54,361 bases of DNA, taken from the NCBI GenBank assembly GCA_963928635.1, contig CAWVFT010000072.1:1-54361 (forward strand), in the 5' to 3' direction. A model generated the notes under the pieces. That model searched no databases. It saw only the letters and a program-made list of their open reading frames with translations, and was not told the origin of the DNA. The position numbers and the translations under genes are program-made. This document shows positions 18,032 to 27,659 of the stretch, piece by piece. Positions within the stretch are counted from its first letter, which is position 1. Every line of letters begins with the position of its first letter. This stretch comes from Bacillota bacterium. Lineage in GTDB: Bacteria > Bacillota > Clostridia > TANB77 > CAG-508.

Positions 18032-19791
18032 TTTGCAATTACTCCAAAACTAATTCCAGAAGCAACTAATAAGCTAACCCATATTGCCATTTTACTTGTA
18101 TCACTTGTATCTGGTGTTGTTGGTGTAGTAGATGTTTGTGTTGATTCATTTTGTTTTATTGTGTCTTGTGTTTGTTCTTCTTTATTTTCTTCTGTGATTA
18201 CAGGAATTACTTCTCCTTTTGATACTAATTTATCACAGTCTTCACAATATGTATCTCCTGTATATCCTTCGCTAGTTGTAGTTGCTTCAACTGCATCTTT
18301 TACAACTGTATTTGCATGATTATTACTGTCTATTTCTCCATATTCTTCTCCACATCTTTCGCATACTGCTTTTGATACACATGTTGCTGTTCCCCCTGTG
18401 TGTCCTAGTGGTTCAGCTACTGTTCCTTTTGCTATTAACACATCACAGTCTGCACAGTATGTGTCTCCTGTGTAACCTTCTTCTGTACATGTTGCTTCTA
18501 CTACATCTCTTACTACTCTGTTTATATGATTTGAACTATCTACTTCTCCATATTCTGCTCCACAAATTGAACATACTGCTCTTTTTACACATGTTGCTGT
18601 TCCTCCTGTATGCTCTCCTCTTTCAATTATATTTCCGCATCCACATTCTTTCCAGTGAGATTCTTCGTTTGAAACATAATCACCGTAAGTATGTGTTGGT
18701 GCTTCTATTATTAAGTCTTCTTCTGTTACTTCGTTTTTATTTTCATCAAATAACTTTCCACAAACAGAACATTGATAATGTGCTTTTGTTCCAGCTAGTA
18801 ATTCTGTACTTGTATGAGTAGGGTCTAATTGTTCTATCAAATTACCGTATGTATGTTCTGCTAGAGGCAAAGGTTTATTTGAAGCTGATATGATTTTTCC
18901 ACAGTCATCACATTGTACATATGCTTCATGTCCGGCTATTGCACAAGTTGATTTTACTGCTTCATGTGTTGTAGTATTCTTATGAGCACATGTTACAGTA
19001 ACTGTACATGTATCAGTATAATCCCCATCTGTTGTTTTAACTGTAATTGTAGCTGTTCCAACTGATTTTGCTGTTACTACACCTGCATTACTAACTGTTG
19101 CAACCTTTTCGTTGTCTGATGTATATGTTACATTTGCATTTGTTGCTCCTGATGGCATTACTGTAGCTTTTAGGTTGCCTGTACTACCAGCAGTCAATGA
19201 TAACGCTGAAGTATTTAATGATACCCCTGTTACTGGAACTACTACTGATGTAGTTGCTGGGACAATATTGAAATAACTAGCATCAACAACAGATTTGTAT
19301 GATTCATCTGCATCAAAACCTGCTACTGTAATGTCTGAAAGTGTTACTTCATATTTTCCTGCTTTTAAGTTTCTATCTGTTGTACATGAAAATTTAACAA
19401 GGACTTGATTATTTTCCAAATCTGCTTCATATAAGCTTAAATATGTATATTGATATTTATTTTGAGCTGGATTTAATTCAAACGCATTTTCAAAAGGTTC
19501 ATCACCATTTATATCTTTTAAAGATGTTACTGATATTGAATCTTTATTTAATGTTAAACCTTCTGGAATATCAACAAAGAAACTTATTGCTAATGGCTCT
19601 TTTACACTTATATTGCTCATTGATATTGTATAATTTATTGTCTGTTCTGTAGATGATGCTTTTATACTTGTTTTATCTGCTGTAACAGTATATTTTACTA
19701 CAGCATCAGTTGCATATACAAATGGAACTTGAACTAGACTTAAAATTATTGCAAAAATCAAAATTAGTGATATTGTTTTTTTGATTTTCAT
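17986..19791 (-). CDS. Sortase-anchored surface protein: cohesin-like domain, Ig-like Big_2 domain, His/Cys-rich repeats, TPDTSD sorting signal
   Basis: Signal peptide; VPVTGVSLN...TYTSDNEKVATVS Big_2 motif; repeated ATC...CxxCG units; TPDTSD + hydrophobic helix + basic tail. Confidence 0.8.
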   Translation of the reverse strand: MKIKKTISLILIFAIILSLVQVPFVYATDAVVKYTVTADKTSIKASSTEQTINYTISMSNISVKEPLAISFFVDIPEGLTLNKDSISVTSLKDINGDEPFENAFELNPAQNKYQYTYLSLYEADLENNQVLVKFSCTTDRNLKAGKYEVTLSDITVAGFDADESYKSVVDASYFNIVPATTSVVVPVTGVSLNTSALSLTAGSTGNLKATVMPSGATNANVTYTSDNEKVATVSNAGVVTAKSVGTATITVKTTDGDYTDTCTVTVTCAHKNTTTHEAVKSTCAIAGHEAYVQCDDCGKIISASNKPLPLAEHTYGNLIEQLDPTHTSTELLAGTKAHYQCSVCGKLFDENKNEVTEEDLIIEAPTHTYGDYVSNEESHWKECGCGNIIERGEHTGGTATCVKRAVCSICGAEYGEVDSSNHINRVVRDVVEATCTEEGYTGDTYCADCDVLIAKGTVAEPLGHTGGTATCVSKAVCERCGEEYGEIDSNNHANTVVKDAVEATTTSEGYTGDTYCEDCDKLVSKGEVIPVITEENKEEQTQDTIKQNESTQTSTTPTTPDTSDTSKMAIWVSLLVASGISFGVIAKCRVKENQKAKRMRK

Positions 19792-20019
19792 TTCTCTTCA
19801 TTCCCTTCTTTTTTATTTTCTTAATTATATATATTTCATAAAAACTAATCAATAAATTTTGCCATATTTTTCCTGACATTTTACGTCACGTCCTTGTGGC
19901 TGTAAAGGTAGAAGGATTTATCACCATTAAAAAAGCAACATTTGGTATAAAAAACCTCAGATTTTTTATATCAATAGAAAAAAGTTATCAATAATTGCAT
20001 ACTGATAACTTTCTATAAA

Positions 20020-20547
20020 TTAATCTTCTGGTTCTACTAATCCATAATTCATTCCGTCTTTTAGTTTATGTATAACATTTACTTTTCCTGTATCTACATT
20101 TATAAATGTTAAGAAATTGTGTGTTGGTTTTTCTTGTAATTTTAAAACTGCATCTTCTGGTGTTATTGGTTTTATTTCGTAATATGATGTTTTTATGATT
20201 TCATTTGAGATTTCAGATATTTTGTCATCAACTGTTTCCATCATTTTTAAACTTCCATCTCTCATCATTTTTTCTTTTTTAGTTTTCATTTTTCTAATTT
20301 GACCTTCTAGTATGTCTATATCTTTGTCTATTGATGCATATAGGTCTTTATCTTCTGTTACTGCTCTGTATTTTTCTCCATTTGCATTTACATATATTTC
20401 TGCTATTTGCTCATTTTTCTCTGTTCTTAATGTTACATCTGCTTCTGCATTTTCAAAATATTTATCAATTCTTTCTAATTTTTTTTCTACATAATCGTTT
20501 AATGCTTCTGTTATCTTAAGTTCCTTTCCTACTATTTTGATTTTCAT
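20020..20547 (-). CDS. hpf: Ribosome hibernation promoting factor (long HPF/RaiA)
   Basis: ITEALNDYVEKKL, DLYASID, C-terminal KPITPEDAV...YGLVEP. Confidence 0.92.
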   Translation of the reverse strand: MKIKIVGKELKITEALNDYVEKKLERIDKYFENAEADVTLRTEKNEQIAEIYVNANGEKYRAVTEDKDLYASIDKDIDILEGQIRKMKTKKEKMMRDGSLKMMETVDDKISEISNEIIKTSYYEIKPITPEDAVLKLQEKPTHNFLTFINVDTGKVNVIHKLKDGMNYGLVEPED

Positions 20548-20680
20548 AAAAATCTCTCCCTTCAATTTGTGTTTTATATATTCATATTATATATATAATT
20601 ATTATTTTTTTCAAGTTTTTTGGATAAATAATAGTTATATTCATGTGTAGCTATTTAATAAAATTCTTGTTATTTCTACA

Positions 20681-21532
20681 TTATACTATTGTATTTCCAT
20701 AATTTGAATTATGTAATTTTTGTGTGTCTCCCGAATAATTTGTTGAAATATCTTTTTCATCTATAATCTCCACAGTTACTGGTTGATTTGATATAATTTC
20801 TTCCCCATGCCTTAATCTAACTTCATATATTCCTGTTTGTGTAACTTCAAATTCATAATTTCCACCTGTAAATTCTCCTACATCTTTCCAATTTTCGTCT
20901 CCCTGTAATCTATATTCTACTTCCCATTTATCTATATACCCTGTATAATTAACATTATAAATAATAATTTTTCCTATGCCATTATCAGATACAAGCTCTC
21001 CTTTTGCTTCAAATGTTAATTCTCCTATTTGATTATTATACTGCACATTATATCCACCATTTTCAATTTGTTCTAACATATAATAGTCTACATCTTCATA
21101 TGTTACAGGTTCTGTTGCTATTATTATTCTTTCTTTTAAATTAATATAATAATCCCTTGTTATTCCATCTATTCCTAGATTTTCTGTTAAATACTCTTGA
21201 CTAAAATATCGAAAGTCATTTTGGATTGTATTAATATCTCCTTCTTTTGCATTCAATATCTGTGAAATATCACTTATTCTAAATATTTCTTTTTGCTTTT
21301 CTTCCATTGTTTCTCCATAAGAAAGTAATTCTTCATCTGTTTCATCTTGCTTTAAACTATTTACTTCATTTTGAAGAAATTGTAGCTCTGTTTTGAATGC
21401 TGTATATTTAGCAAACCTTACTGTTGATATTCCACTTACTGTTGCAATACTTGCTAATATACTCAATATTATAGCTATTATAACAACAGAAATTAGTGTT
21501 ATTCCCTTTTCATTTCTAACTTTTTTCTTCAT
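20681..21532 (-). CDS. Type IV prepilin-like protein (class III signal peptide), orphan
   Basis: NEKG|ITLISVVIIAIILSIL leader; position +5 is Ser, not Glu; beta-rich C-terminal domain. Confidence 0.7.
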   Translation of the reverse strand: MKKKVRNEKGITLISVVIIAIILSILASIATVSGISTVRFAKYTAFKTELQFLQNEVNSLKQDETDEELLSYGETMEEKQKEIFRISDISQILNAKEGDINTIQNDFRYFSQEYLTENLGIDGITRDYYINLKERIIIATEPVTYEDVDYYMLEQIENGGYNVQYNNQIGELTFEAKGELVSDNGIGKIIIYNVNYTGYIDKWEVEYRLQGDENWKDVGEFTGGNYEFEVTQTGIYEVRLRHGEEIISNQPVTVEIIDEKDISTNYSGDTQKLHNSNYGNTIV

Positions 21533-21639
21533 TAGTTACCTCCTAAAATAATTATTAAAATTTTATTCCTATACTTTTAATGTTCATTTAGATGGTCATC
21601 ATTTCCCAATTATTTTTTGATATTTGTATAATATTTATT

Positions 21640-21714
21640 TGGCTGGGCTGGTGTGATTCGAACACACGAATGTCGGAGTCAGAGTCCGATGCCTTACCGC
21701 TTGGCGACAGCCCA
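21640..21714 (-). tRNA. tRNA-Gln (CTG)
   Basis: TGGGCTG acceptor, TCGGA-CT CTG AC-TCCGA anticodon arm, GTTCGAATC T-loop, encoded CCA. Confidence 0.95.
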
Positions 21715-21937
21715 ATTTACAATTATATTAGCACAAAAAAATTTTTTTGTCCATAGTAAAAAGCAAAAACTGTATGCACTTATAATAGTTAAAAATCACA
21801 TACTTATCAATAGCATGCAATTTTGGAGGATTAAATTATATTATAAAGATAAATCCTTTTCTGGTTATTACTTTAATCCTCCTTTTACCAAAGTTAACTG
21901 TATTATATCACAGAACATAGTATTATTCAACTTTATG

Positions 21938-23284
21938 TTAATTTAAATTGTATGTTCCAACATCTTTATTCCACATAGCCATAATATAGTTTTTTTCTGA
22001 TTTTGGCACTAAAGTCACTCTAAATGCAGACATAGGTTTATTATATTTATATATACATTCTTCTCCATCTGATTTTGCTTCTACCCATCCAACACCATCA
22101 ACTAAAATTTGATAAATTATTGAATAATATGATTCGTCTTTTAATTTTAAAGTAATTCCTGATACTCCATAATGATATTCATTGGCAGTTTTAATAGGTA
22201 TCGGATTATTTCCATTTATGTCTGTTTGATTTTCTCCATTTATCATGCTTCCTCCGAATTGGAAATATGACTTATTAGCAATTTTAACTAAGTCTTTTGA
22301 ATTCATAGATTTCCAAGACGTTTTACTAGGATTATACCCATAATTATATAACATTCCTGTTGTTGCACATTTTCCTGTTGTTCCTTCTCCCCAATGTGTA
22401 TATACAAATGCCCTTGCCTGTATAAAATCTTTTGGAACATTTCCTTCAAATCTAAATGCTAATGCTTCTGTTTTGTATTTAGAATCTTTTTCTACTGCTT
22501 CTTTTCCTGCTATATCATAGTTTCCGTATCCATATGACCACCCTATTTGAGAATTATGAGAAGCATATACAATTTGAACATATGTAGCCTCTGTAATATC
22601 TATATTAACATTAGAACTGTTCTGGGCATAATCCACAATTTCTATAATGTATGAAGTATTTGATAAAAACTCTTTTTCCATTTTAGTATTATCATTACTT
22701 GGATTCCATCCTTCTATGTTTCTAATTGATTCATTACTATTAATAATACCATTAATTTTACCATTATCAATTTTTTGTTCTTTAAACTCTGCTTTTGGTA
22801 CTTCATTATCTATTATTATTCCTGTCTCAATTAAAAGTTCTTGGCTTTCTAATCCTCCTAAGTCAGTTATTGCTCCTTCTTCTATAACAACTTCCAGTTT
22901 TCCATTTCCTGTTAATTTACTTAACAATATTTCGTAAAAATATGTTTTTCCACTATTTGCAATTGGATTAACTAATATATTTTTAGTATTTATTTCTTTT
23001 CCTGCTATTTTAGCCTTCACTTCATTGCTTTCTAAAATATCATCACCTTTATTTGCTTCAGTTACTTTTACATTTATTTTTATTGTATGTGTTTTATTTG
23101 CATATTTTTCATATCCTTTATTTGTATTTGATATGCCTGTACATTCTATAACTGGCTTAGTTCTATCTATGTTTAAATCTGCTACATCAAATTCAAAGTC
23201 AAATACATATTTTGCATTTACAATACTATTTATATTTATTATCAATAATATTAAAATTATTAATATAGTATTTCTTCTTTTCAA
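21938..23284 (-). CDS. Secreted SipW-operon protein with Ig-like region and ChW-like repeats, 448 aa
   Basis: Signal ending NAKY; HNSQIGW...EALAF and QILVDGVGW...MSAFRV segments resemble clostridial hydrophobic-W repeats. Confidence 0.6.
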   Translation of the reverse strand: MKRRNTILIILILLIININSIVNAKYVFDFEFDVADLNIDRTKPVIECTGISNTNKGYEKYANKTHTIKINVKVTEANKGDDILESNEVKAKIAGKEINTKNILVNPIANSGKTYFYEILLSKLTGNGKLEVVIEEGAITDLGGLESQELLIETGIIIDNEVPKAEFKEQKIDNGKINGIINSNESIRNIEGWNPSNDNTKMEKEFLSNTSYIIEIVDYAQNSSNVNIDITEATYVQIVYASHNSQIGWSYGYGNYDIAGKEAVEKDSKYKTEALAFRFEGNVPKDFIQARAFVYTHWGEGTTGKCATTGMLYNYGYNPSKTSWKSMNSKDLVKIANKSYFQFGGSMINGENQTDINGNNPIPIKTANEYHYGVSGITLKLKDESYYSIIYQILVDGVGWVEAKSDGEECIYKYNKPMSAFRVTLVPKSEKNYIMAMWNKDVGTYNLN

Positions 23285-23310
23285 TTATTTTCTCCTTTCG
23301 TTTTAATCTT

Positions 23311-23940
23311 TTAAGTTATTACTTGTTCACCATATGTATAAATATCAAAAATATATTCATCTATATTTTTAGAATCTTTTGTATCTTGAATATTACCTTT
23401 CGCATCATTTTCATAGTTCCAACTCCATTCTATTGTAACTGTTGTAGTTTGTCCTTTTTCTAATGTTCCAGTTAAATATTTAGCTAAGTCCTCTATCTTA
23501 TTTACACTTATAGTTGTATTTGCTATTTTAAATTCTAAATTTTGCGGTTTTTCATTTTTACTAATAAAATATATTTGATATTTAGAATTCCTATTTGATT
23601 TTACTATAATATCAAATTCACCACTAATGCCTGGTGCTATTTTTTCATCTACTAATGTATTTGACTTTATAGTGTCGATTAAATTAACATTTGTAAAATT
23701 CATGTATTTATATGTTATATCAAAAATATATTGTTGTGCTGTCTCTTTTTTGGATATATTCCCTATATATTTAATTTCTTCTGAATCTTGTTCAGATGTA
23801 GATATATCACCTAAAAATTTTAGAAACAAAATATCATCTTGAAAAAAGTCCATCTTTATATTACTGAATATTATGATAAATAATATGACAAAAAATATTA
23901 ATATAATTAATATAAATTTCTTTATTTTCTTATTTTTCAA
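23311..23940 (-). CDS. TasA/BsaA-like fibre subunit paralog
   Basis: KIAPGISG...WSWNYE motifs shared with 25070-25660; TTG start, GGAGG RBS. Confidence 0.6.
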   Translation of the reverse strand: MKNKKIKKFILIILIFFVILFIIIFSNIKMDFFQDDILFLKFLGDISTSEQDSEEIKYIGNISKKETAQQYIFDITYKYMNFTNVNLIDTIKSNTLVDEKIAPGISGEFDIIVKSNRNSKYQIYFISKNEKPQNLEFKIANTTISVNKIEDLAKYLTGTLEKGQTTTVTIEWSWNYENDAKGNIQDTKDSKNIDEYIFDIYTYGEQVIT

Positions 23941-23950
23941 ATGTTACCTC

Positions 23951-24541
23951 CTATATCTTTTTTTGTTCTGTATGTACTTTTATTTGTATTTTTTCGATAA
24001 TGTCATATATATTTTCTGATTTATTTTTGTCATATATAATTTTTAAAGTATATTTATGTTCTTCTTTCTCGTTCCTTCCCATGTCAATATAGTCAGTTAA
24101 ATTATTTTTTAGCGGAATATTTATATCGTTTTTATACAATTCAAAATTTATTGATTTGTCAACATTTCCTTTTATTTCTATCATATAATGTAATAATGCT
24201 TCATTAATATTATTTTCGTCATAATTTAATACACTAAATTTATATTCACCTACGTTCTTTTCTGCTGTTACTTTTATTTTTTCGTTTGAATCTACTACTA
24301 TAATTGGTTCATTAATTTCTGCAACTGCATTCATTGTTATTTCTGAAAAACTTTTACTTAGACTATATCCTGTTAAAAACAATATTAATACTATTAATAA
24401 TATAAAAATTATAGTTATAACTTTTAAATTACTCTTTTTAAAATCAAACTTTTTTGTGGGTTTATGTTTATTGTTATTTCTTTCTATTTTATTTATATAT
24501 TTTCCATATTTCTTTTTACTTTTTTTATTTAACTCTTTCAT
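23951..24541 (-). CDS. Putative SipW substrate, 196 aa
   Basis: Basic N-terminus, TM, GYSLSKS cleavage-like region; in sipW operon. Confidence 0.55.
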   Translation of the reverse strand: MKELNKKSKKKYGKYINKIERNNNKHKPTKKFDFKKSNLKVITIIFILLIVLILFLTGYSLSKSFSEITMNAVAEINEPIIVVDSNEKIKVTAEKNVGEYKFSVLNYDENNINEALLHYMIEIKGNVDKSINFELYKNDINIPLKNNLTDYIDMGRNEKEEHKYTLKIIYDKNKSENIYDIIEKIQIKVHTEQKKI

Positions 24542-24665
24542 TTCTCTCCTTATATGTTTTATTTAGGTTTTTTATGGATTTACCTATAAACCTTTTAATA
24601 TTTTTAATTGTATAGAGAAAATCAAAATTTTCTCTATACTTTAGAAAGGAAGTATTGTAATTTTT

Positions 24666-25067
24666 TTAATTAAATAAAACAAATATAACTTTACCTATGA
24701 TTTGTTCTATTTTTATTTGCCCGTTATCTTTTGTATTATTATTGTCACCTTTTGTAATAAATTCATTTCCATATTTTTCTATTATTCTATGTGTTATTAA
24801 ATTTCCATCTTCATTTATGTATGTTATTATATCGCCTATTACATAGTCTTTTTGCTTTTTAATTATAATTCTATTTCCTTTTTCTATTGCGGGATTCATA
24901 CTATTAGACATAACTTTTAATGTTGTTATTCCGAATGGTTGTATGGGTTTATTACTTGAATAATTAATTTTTAGAAATAAAGTTATTAAAAAAAACATAA
25001 TTGATATAAATAAAATTAAGTTTATAATTAATCTGTGTTTTGATATTTTTATAAGATTTATCATCAC
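24666..25067 (-). CDS. sipW: Signal peptidase I, SipW/ER type (S26B)
   Basis: VMSNSMNP catalytic Ser, GDIITY, ITHRI catalytic His, TKGDNN. Confidence 0.88.
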   Translation of the reverse strand: MMINLIKISKHRLIINLILFISIMFFLITLFLKINYSSNKPIQPFGITTLKVMSNSMNPAIEKGNRIIIKKQKDYVIGDIITYINEDGNLITHRIIEKYGNEFITKGDNNNTKDNGQIKIEQIIGKVIFVLFN

Positions 25068-25069
25068 AA

Positions 25070-25660
25070 TTAAATTTCATTAGGAAGCACTTGCGTTCCA
25101 GTAATTAAAACATCAAATAAATAATCTGTATTACCCTTTGCTTCTTCTGTATCTATTCTATCATTCATTTCTATTTCTTCTGGTGTTGTTCCAGTTTCAT
25201 ATGGCCAGTGCCAGTCTATTTCAATAGGTATTTGTCTTTCTCCTCCATTTGCAAATATGGTTCCTGATATCTTGTCATTTAAAGCTGTAAGATTATCATA
25301 TTTCTCATTTTGATAATAAAAAACCATATTTGTAGGAGTTTGTATTTCATTTAAAAATTGTACTTTATAATTTATACCTACTTCTGTTTCTGTTGCATCA
25401 ATATTAATTCTAATTGCTCCAGATGTCCCTGGTGCTATTTTATTTTCTGTTATTGTTGTATTATTTATTGTTGATTTTAAGTCAATTGTTTGTACTTGCT
25501 CATCTGTTCCGTTTACTTTAAAATCCCATTTAGCTACATCTGCTCTTCCTATTCCTTTAACTTCTGTTATATATTTTGAAAATGTTTGTCCTCCTATTAA
25601 TAATATACATATAGTTGCTATTATAGCTAATGTGATTACGACTTTTTTCTTTTTTGTCAA
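25070..25660 (-). CDS. SipW-dependent TasA/BsaA-like protein
   Basis: GGQTFSKY SipW-type signal, VAKWDF, KIAPGTSG, WHWPYETG; TTG start, AAGGAGG RBS. Confidence 0.7.
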   Translation of the reverse strand: MTKKKKVVITLAIIATICILLIGGQTFSKYITEVKGIGRADVAKWDFKVNGTDEQVQTIDLKSTINNTTITENKIAPGTSGAIRINIDATETEVGINYKVQFLNEIQTPTNMVFYYQNEKYDNLTALNDKISGTIFANGGERQIPIEIDWHWPYETGTTPEEIEMNDRIDTEEAKGNTDYLFDVLITGTQVLPNEI

Positions 25661-25787
25661 TAAAATTCCTCCTTTTTATTTAATTTTTATTGTTGGGTAA
25701 TTTCGATTTTTCAAAATTGAATTAATTTGATTTACACATAAATTGATAAAAATTTAAAATAAAATTGAAATATGAAAATTTAAACTT

Positions 25788-25816
25788 ATTATACTTAGCT
25801 AAAATGCTTTTGTCAA
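25788..25816 (-). promoter_or_regulatory. Consensus sigma-A promoter of the sipW operon
   Basis: TTGACA-N17-TATAAT exact match. Confidence 0.8.
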
Positions 25817-25845
25817 TACTTTTATCTAGACTTTTCGTCGCAAAT

Positions 25846-25852
25846 TTCGACA
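25846..25852 (-). promoter_or_regulatory. Spo0A box
   Basis: TGTCGAA exact 0A-box ~30 bp upstream of the -35; degenerate CGACGAA 12 bp closer. Confidence 0.5.
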
Positions 25853-25923
25853 AAAATGGAACTAAGAAATTTAATTGCAACTTATTTGTTTTATATTATT
25901 TATGTTCTAACTATATTTATACA

Positions 25924-26022
25924 AGAACAAAAGCGACATGATTTAAATATTTGAATATTTTAAATTACTTACATGTCGCGTATTTGTTCGTGCACCAAAT
26001 TTTATGCAATAAAATTTGTGTA
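25924..26022. repeat. ~100-bp two-hairpin structured repeat, copy 2
   Basis: Homologous to 14191-14290. Confidence 0.8.
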
Positions 26023-26031
26023 TATCTATGT

Positions 26032-26424
26032 TTAGCCTTTATTTACAGCTATTACGCCTCCTAGTATTCCAAATATCATAGCTACTATTATCATTATTAT
26101 TGATTTCATATTTAATAAAAAATTCCCATTTAAAATGCTTGATATTAAATATAAAATTAATATGTATATAAGACCGACTAATGCACCATTTATTAATCCA
26201 TTTTTTCGAATTTTCCTATTACCTATTGTGCTTCCTATAAGTAAACTTACTCCTGTTATTACTATTACTACAGGAACAATAGCATTTTCCTGAACATTTG
26301 TAAATGTTAGTATTGCCGAAAATATTACAAGCAATATGAATGTTGTAATTAGGGATATCGCTACTCCTTTTAGTATTGAAGTTACGTTTTTGCTTTCTAT
26401 AACTTGCTTAGTTTCCATCTGCAA
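26032..26424 (-). CDS. TIGR04086-like four-TM membrane protein
   Basis: Four TMs with KNGLINGALVGLIY and GILGGVIAVN motifs. Confidence 0.8.
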   Translation of the reverse strand: MQMETKQVIESKNVTSILKGVAISLITTFILLVIFSAILTFTNVQENAIVPVVIVITGVSLLIGSTIGNRKIRKNGLINGALVGLIYILILYLISSILNGNFLLNMKSIIMIIVAMIFGILGGVIAVNKG

Positions 26425-26527
26425 ATTTCCTCCTAAATCTTTTTATACAAATATATGTGTCTATAATTTTTTTAGAACCTTATAGTAAAAAAAAATAACC
26501 TATCAATTAAATTAATAGGTTATTTTG

Positions 26528-26604
26528 TGGTGCTCCCTCAAGGATTCGAACCTTGGACCCACCGGTTATGAGCCGGTTGCTCTGACCAACTGAGCTAAGG
26601 GAGC
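26528..26604 (-). tRNA. tRNA with CAT anticodon, probably tRNA-Ile2 (lysidine)
   Basis: Full cloverleaf with CCA; CCGG-CTCATAA-CCGG anticodon arm resembles Firmicutes Ile2 rather than Met/fMet. Confidence 0.88.
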
Positions 26605-26738
26605 AAATATTATCTTATTGCTCAACGCAAGATAAAGTATAAACTATTTTTTTGCTGTTGTCAATAGTTTTTTACAATTTTTTTAATGTTATGGAGCACA
26701 GTAAAACACTGTGCTCTAAATTATATTTTAATAAAATT

Positions 26739-27659
26739 CTAATTATTCTCTCCTCTACCTTCTGGTAAAGCTGGATAATCTAATACAACTCTAATCTTCA
26801 TTACGTATTTAATAGCTCTTACAAATTTACTATTTTTAATTCTTTGCCATAATGAAGGTTTTTCTTCAAATGTTGTAGCAGCAACATATTGTTCTTTAGC
26901 TTCTTTTTCTGCGATTTCTTGTTCATTTTGTACAGTAATTTCTTCTTGTATTTCTTGAACATTTTTCTTAGAAACTTCTTTTACTTCTTCTACTGCTGGT
27001 TGCTCAATTTCTTGAGCTTGCTCTTCAAATGTCTCAACAGGTGTTGGTATTGTTTTTAAGGCATCTGCTACTTCAATTCCAATATAACTTAATGCTTTTG
27101 ATCTATCTTCTATTCTTTCCATATCTATTTCGATATGTAAATTTGATTCTAAATTATTTATTCTTGCGTGTAATAGTTTTATTGCATCTTGATAATTTTG
27201 AGACTGATCACTTTTAGCTTTTCCAACAATATTTAATGTTTCTATAATATCTTCTGGGAATTTATCTTCAGCTTTTTTCACTTCATCTTTCCAGTCTTTA
27301 TCTTTCTCTTGAGCCAATTCAACTAGTTCTTTAAGTTGACCAGCTAAAGCGATATTTTCTTCTCTTTGTCTAATCAATTCTTCTACTTTTTTTGTATTTT
27401 CTTCAAATTGATTTGTAGCAAATTCTACTAACCCATATGCTGCTTTATATACACTACTTGGGAAATTTTTCTTTTTTGGATATTCATTTAAATATGTTTT
27501 TATTGATTCAACTAAATCTTTAAAATATGTATCTTCTTCTAGTTGAACTATTTGTTTTTTACTCTTAGGGTTAATTAATTTTTGCACTTTATCTATATTT
27601 GATAATATTTTTTCTTCCGTGATTACCATTCTCACGTTTACTATGCCAGATTTAGACAT
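26739..27659 (-). CDS. Hypothetical helical/coiled-coil protein, 306 aa
   Basis: Long ORF, AAGGAGG RBS, genome-typical composition, hairpin gagcacagt/actgtgctc downstream. Confidence 0.75.
   Translation of the reverse strand: MSKSGIVNVRMVITEEKILSNIDKVQKLINPKSKKQIVQLEEDTYFKDLVESIKTYLNEYPKKKNFPSSVYKAAYGLVEFATNQFEENTKKVEELIRQREENIALAGQLKELVELAQEKDKDWKDEVKKAEDKFPEDIIETLNIVGKAKSDQSQNYQDAIKLLHARINNLESNLHIEIDMERIEDRSKALSYIGIEVADALKTIPTPVETFEEQAQEIEQPAVEEVKEVSKKNVQEIQEEITVQNEQEIAEKEAKEQYVAATTFEEKPSLWQRIKNSKFVRAIKYVMKIRVVLDYPALPEGRGENN

Noticed and set aside
21653-21946. 97-aa ORF overlapping tRNA-Gln
   Set aside because: Spurious reading across the tRNA and intergenic DNA
21640-26604. tRNA-bounded genomic island around the sipW operon
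   Set aside because: No integrase, no duplicated tRNA 3' end, no visible compositional shift
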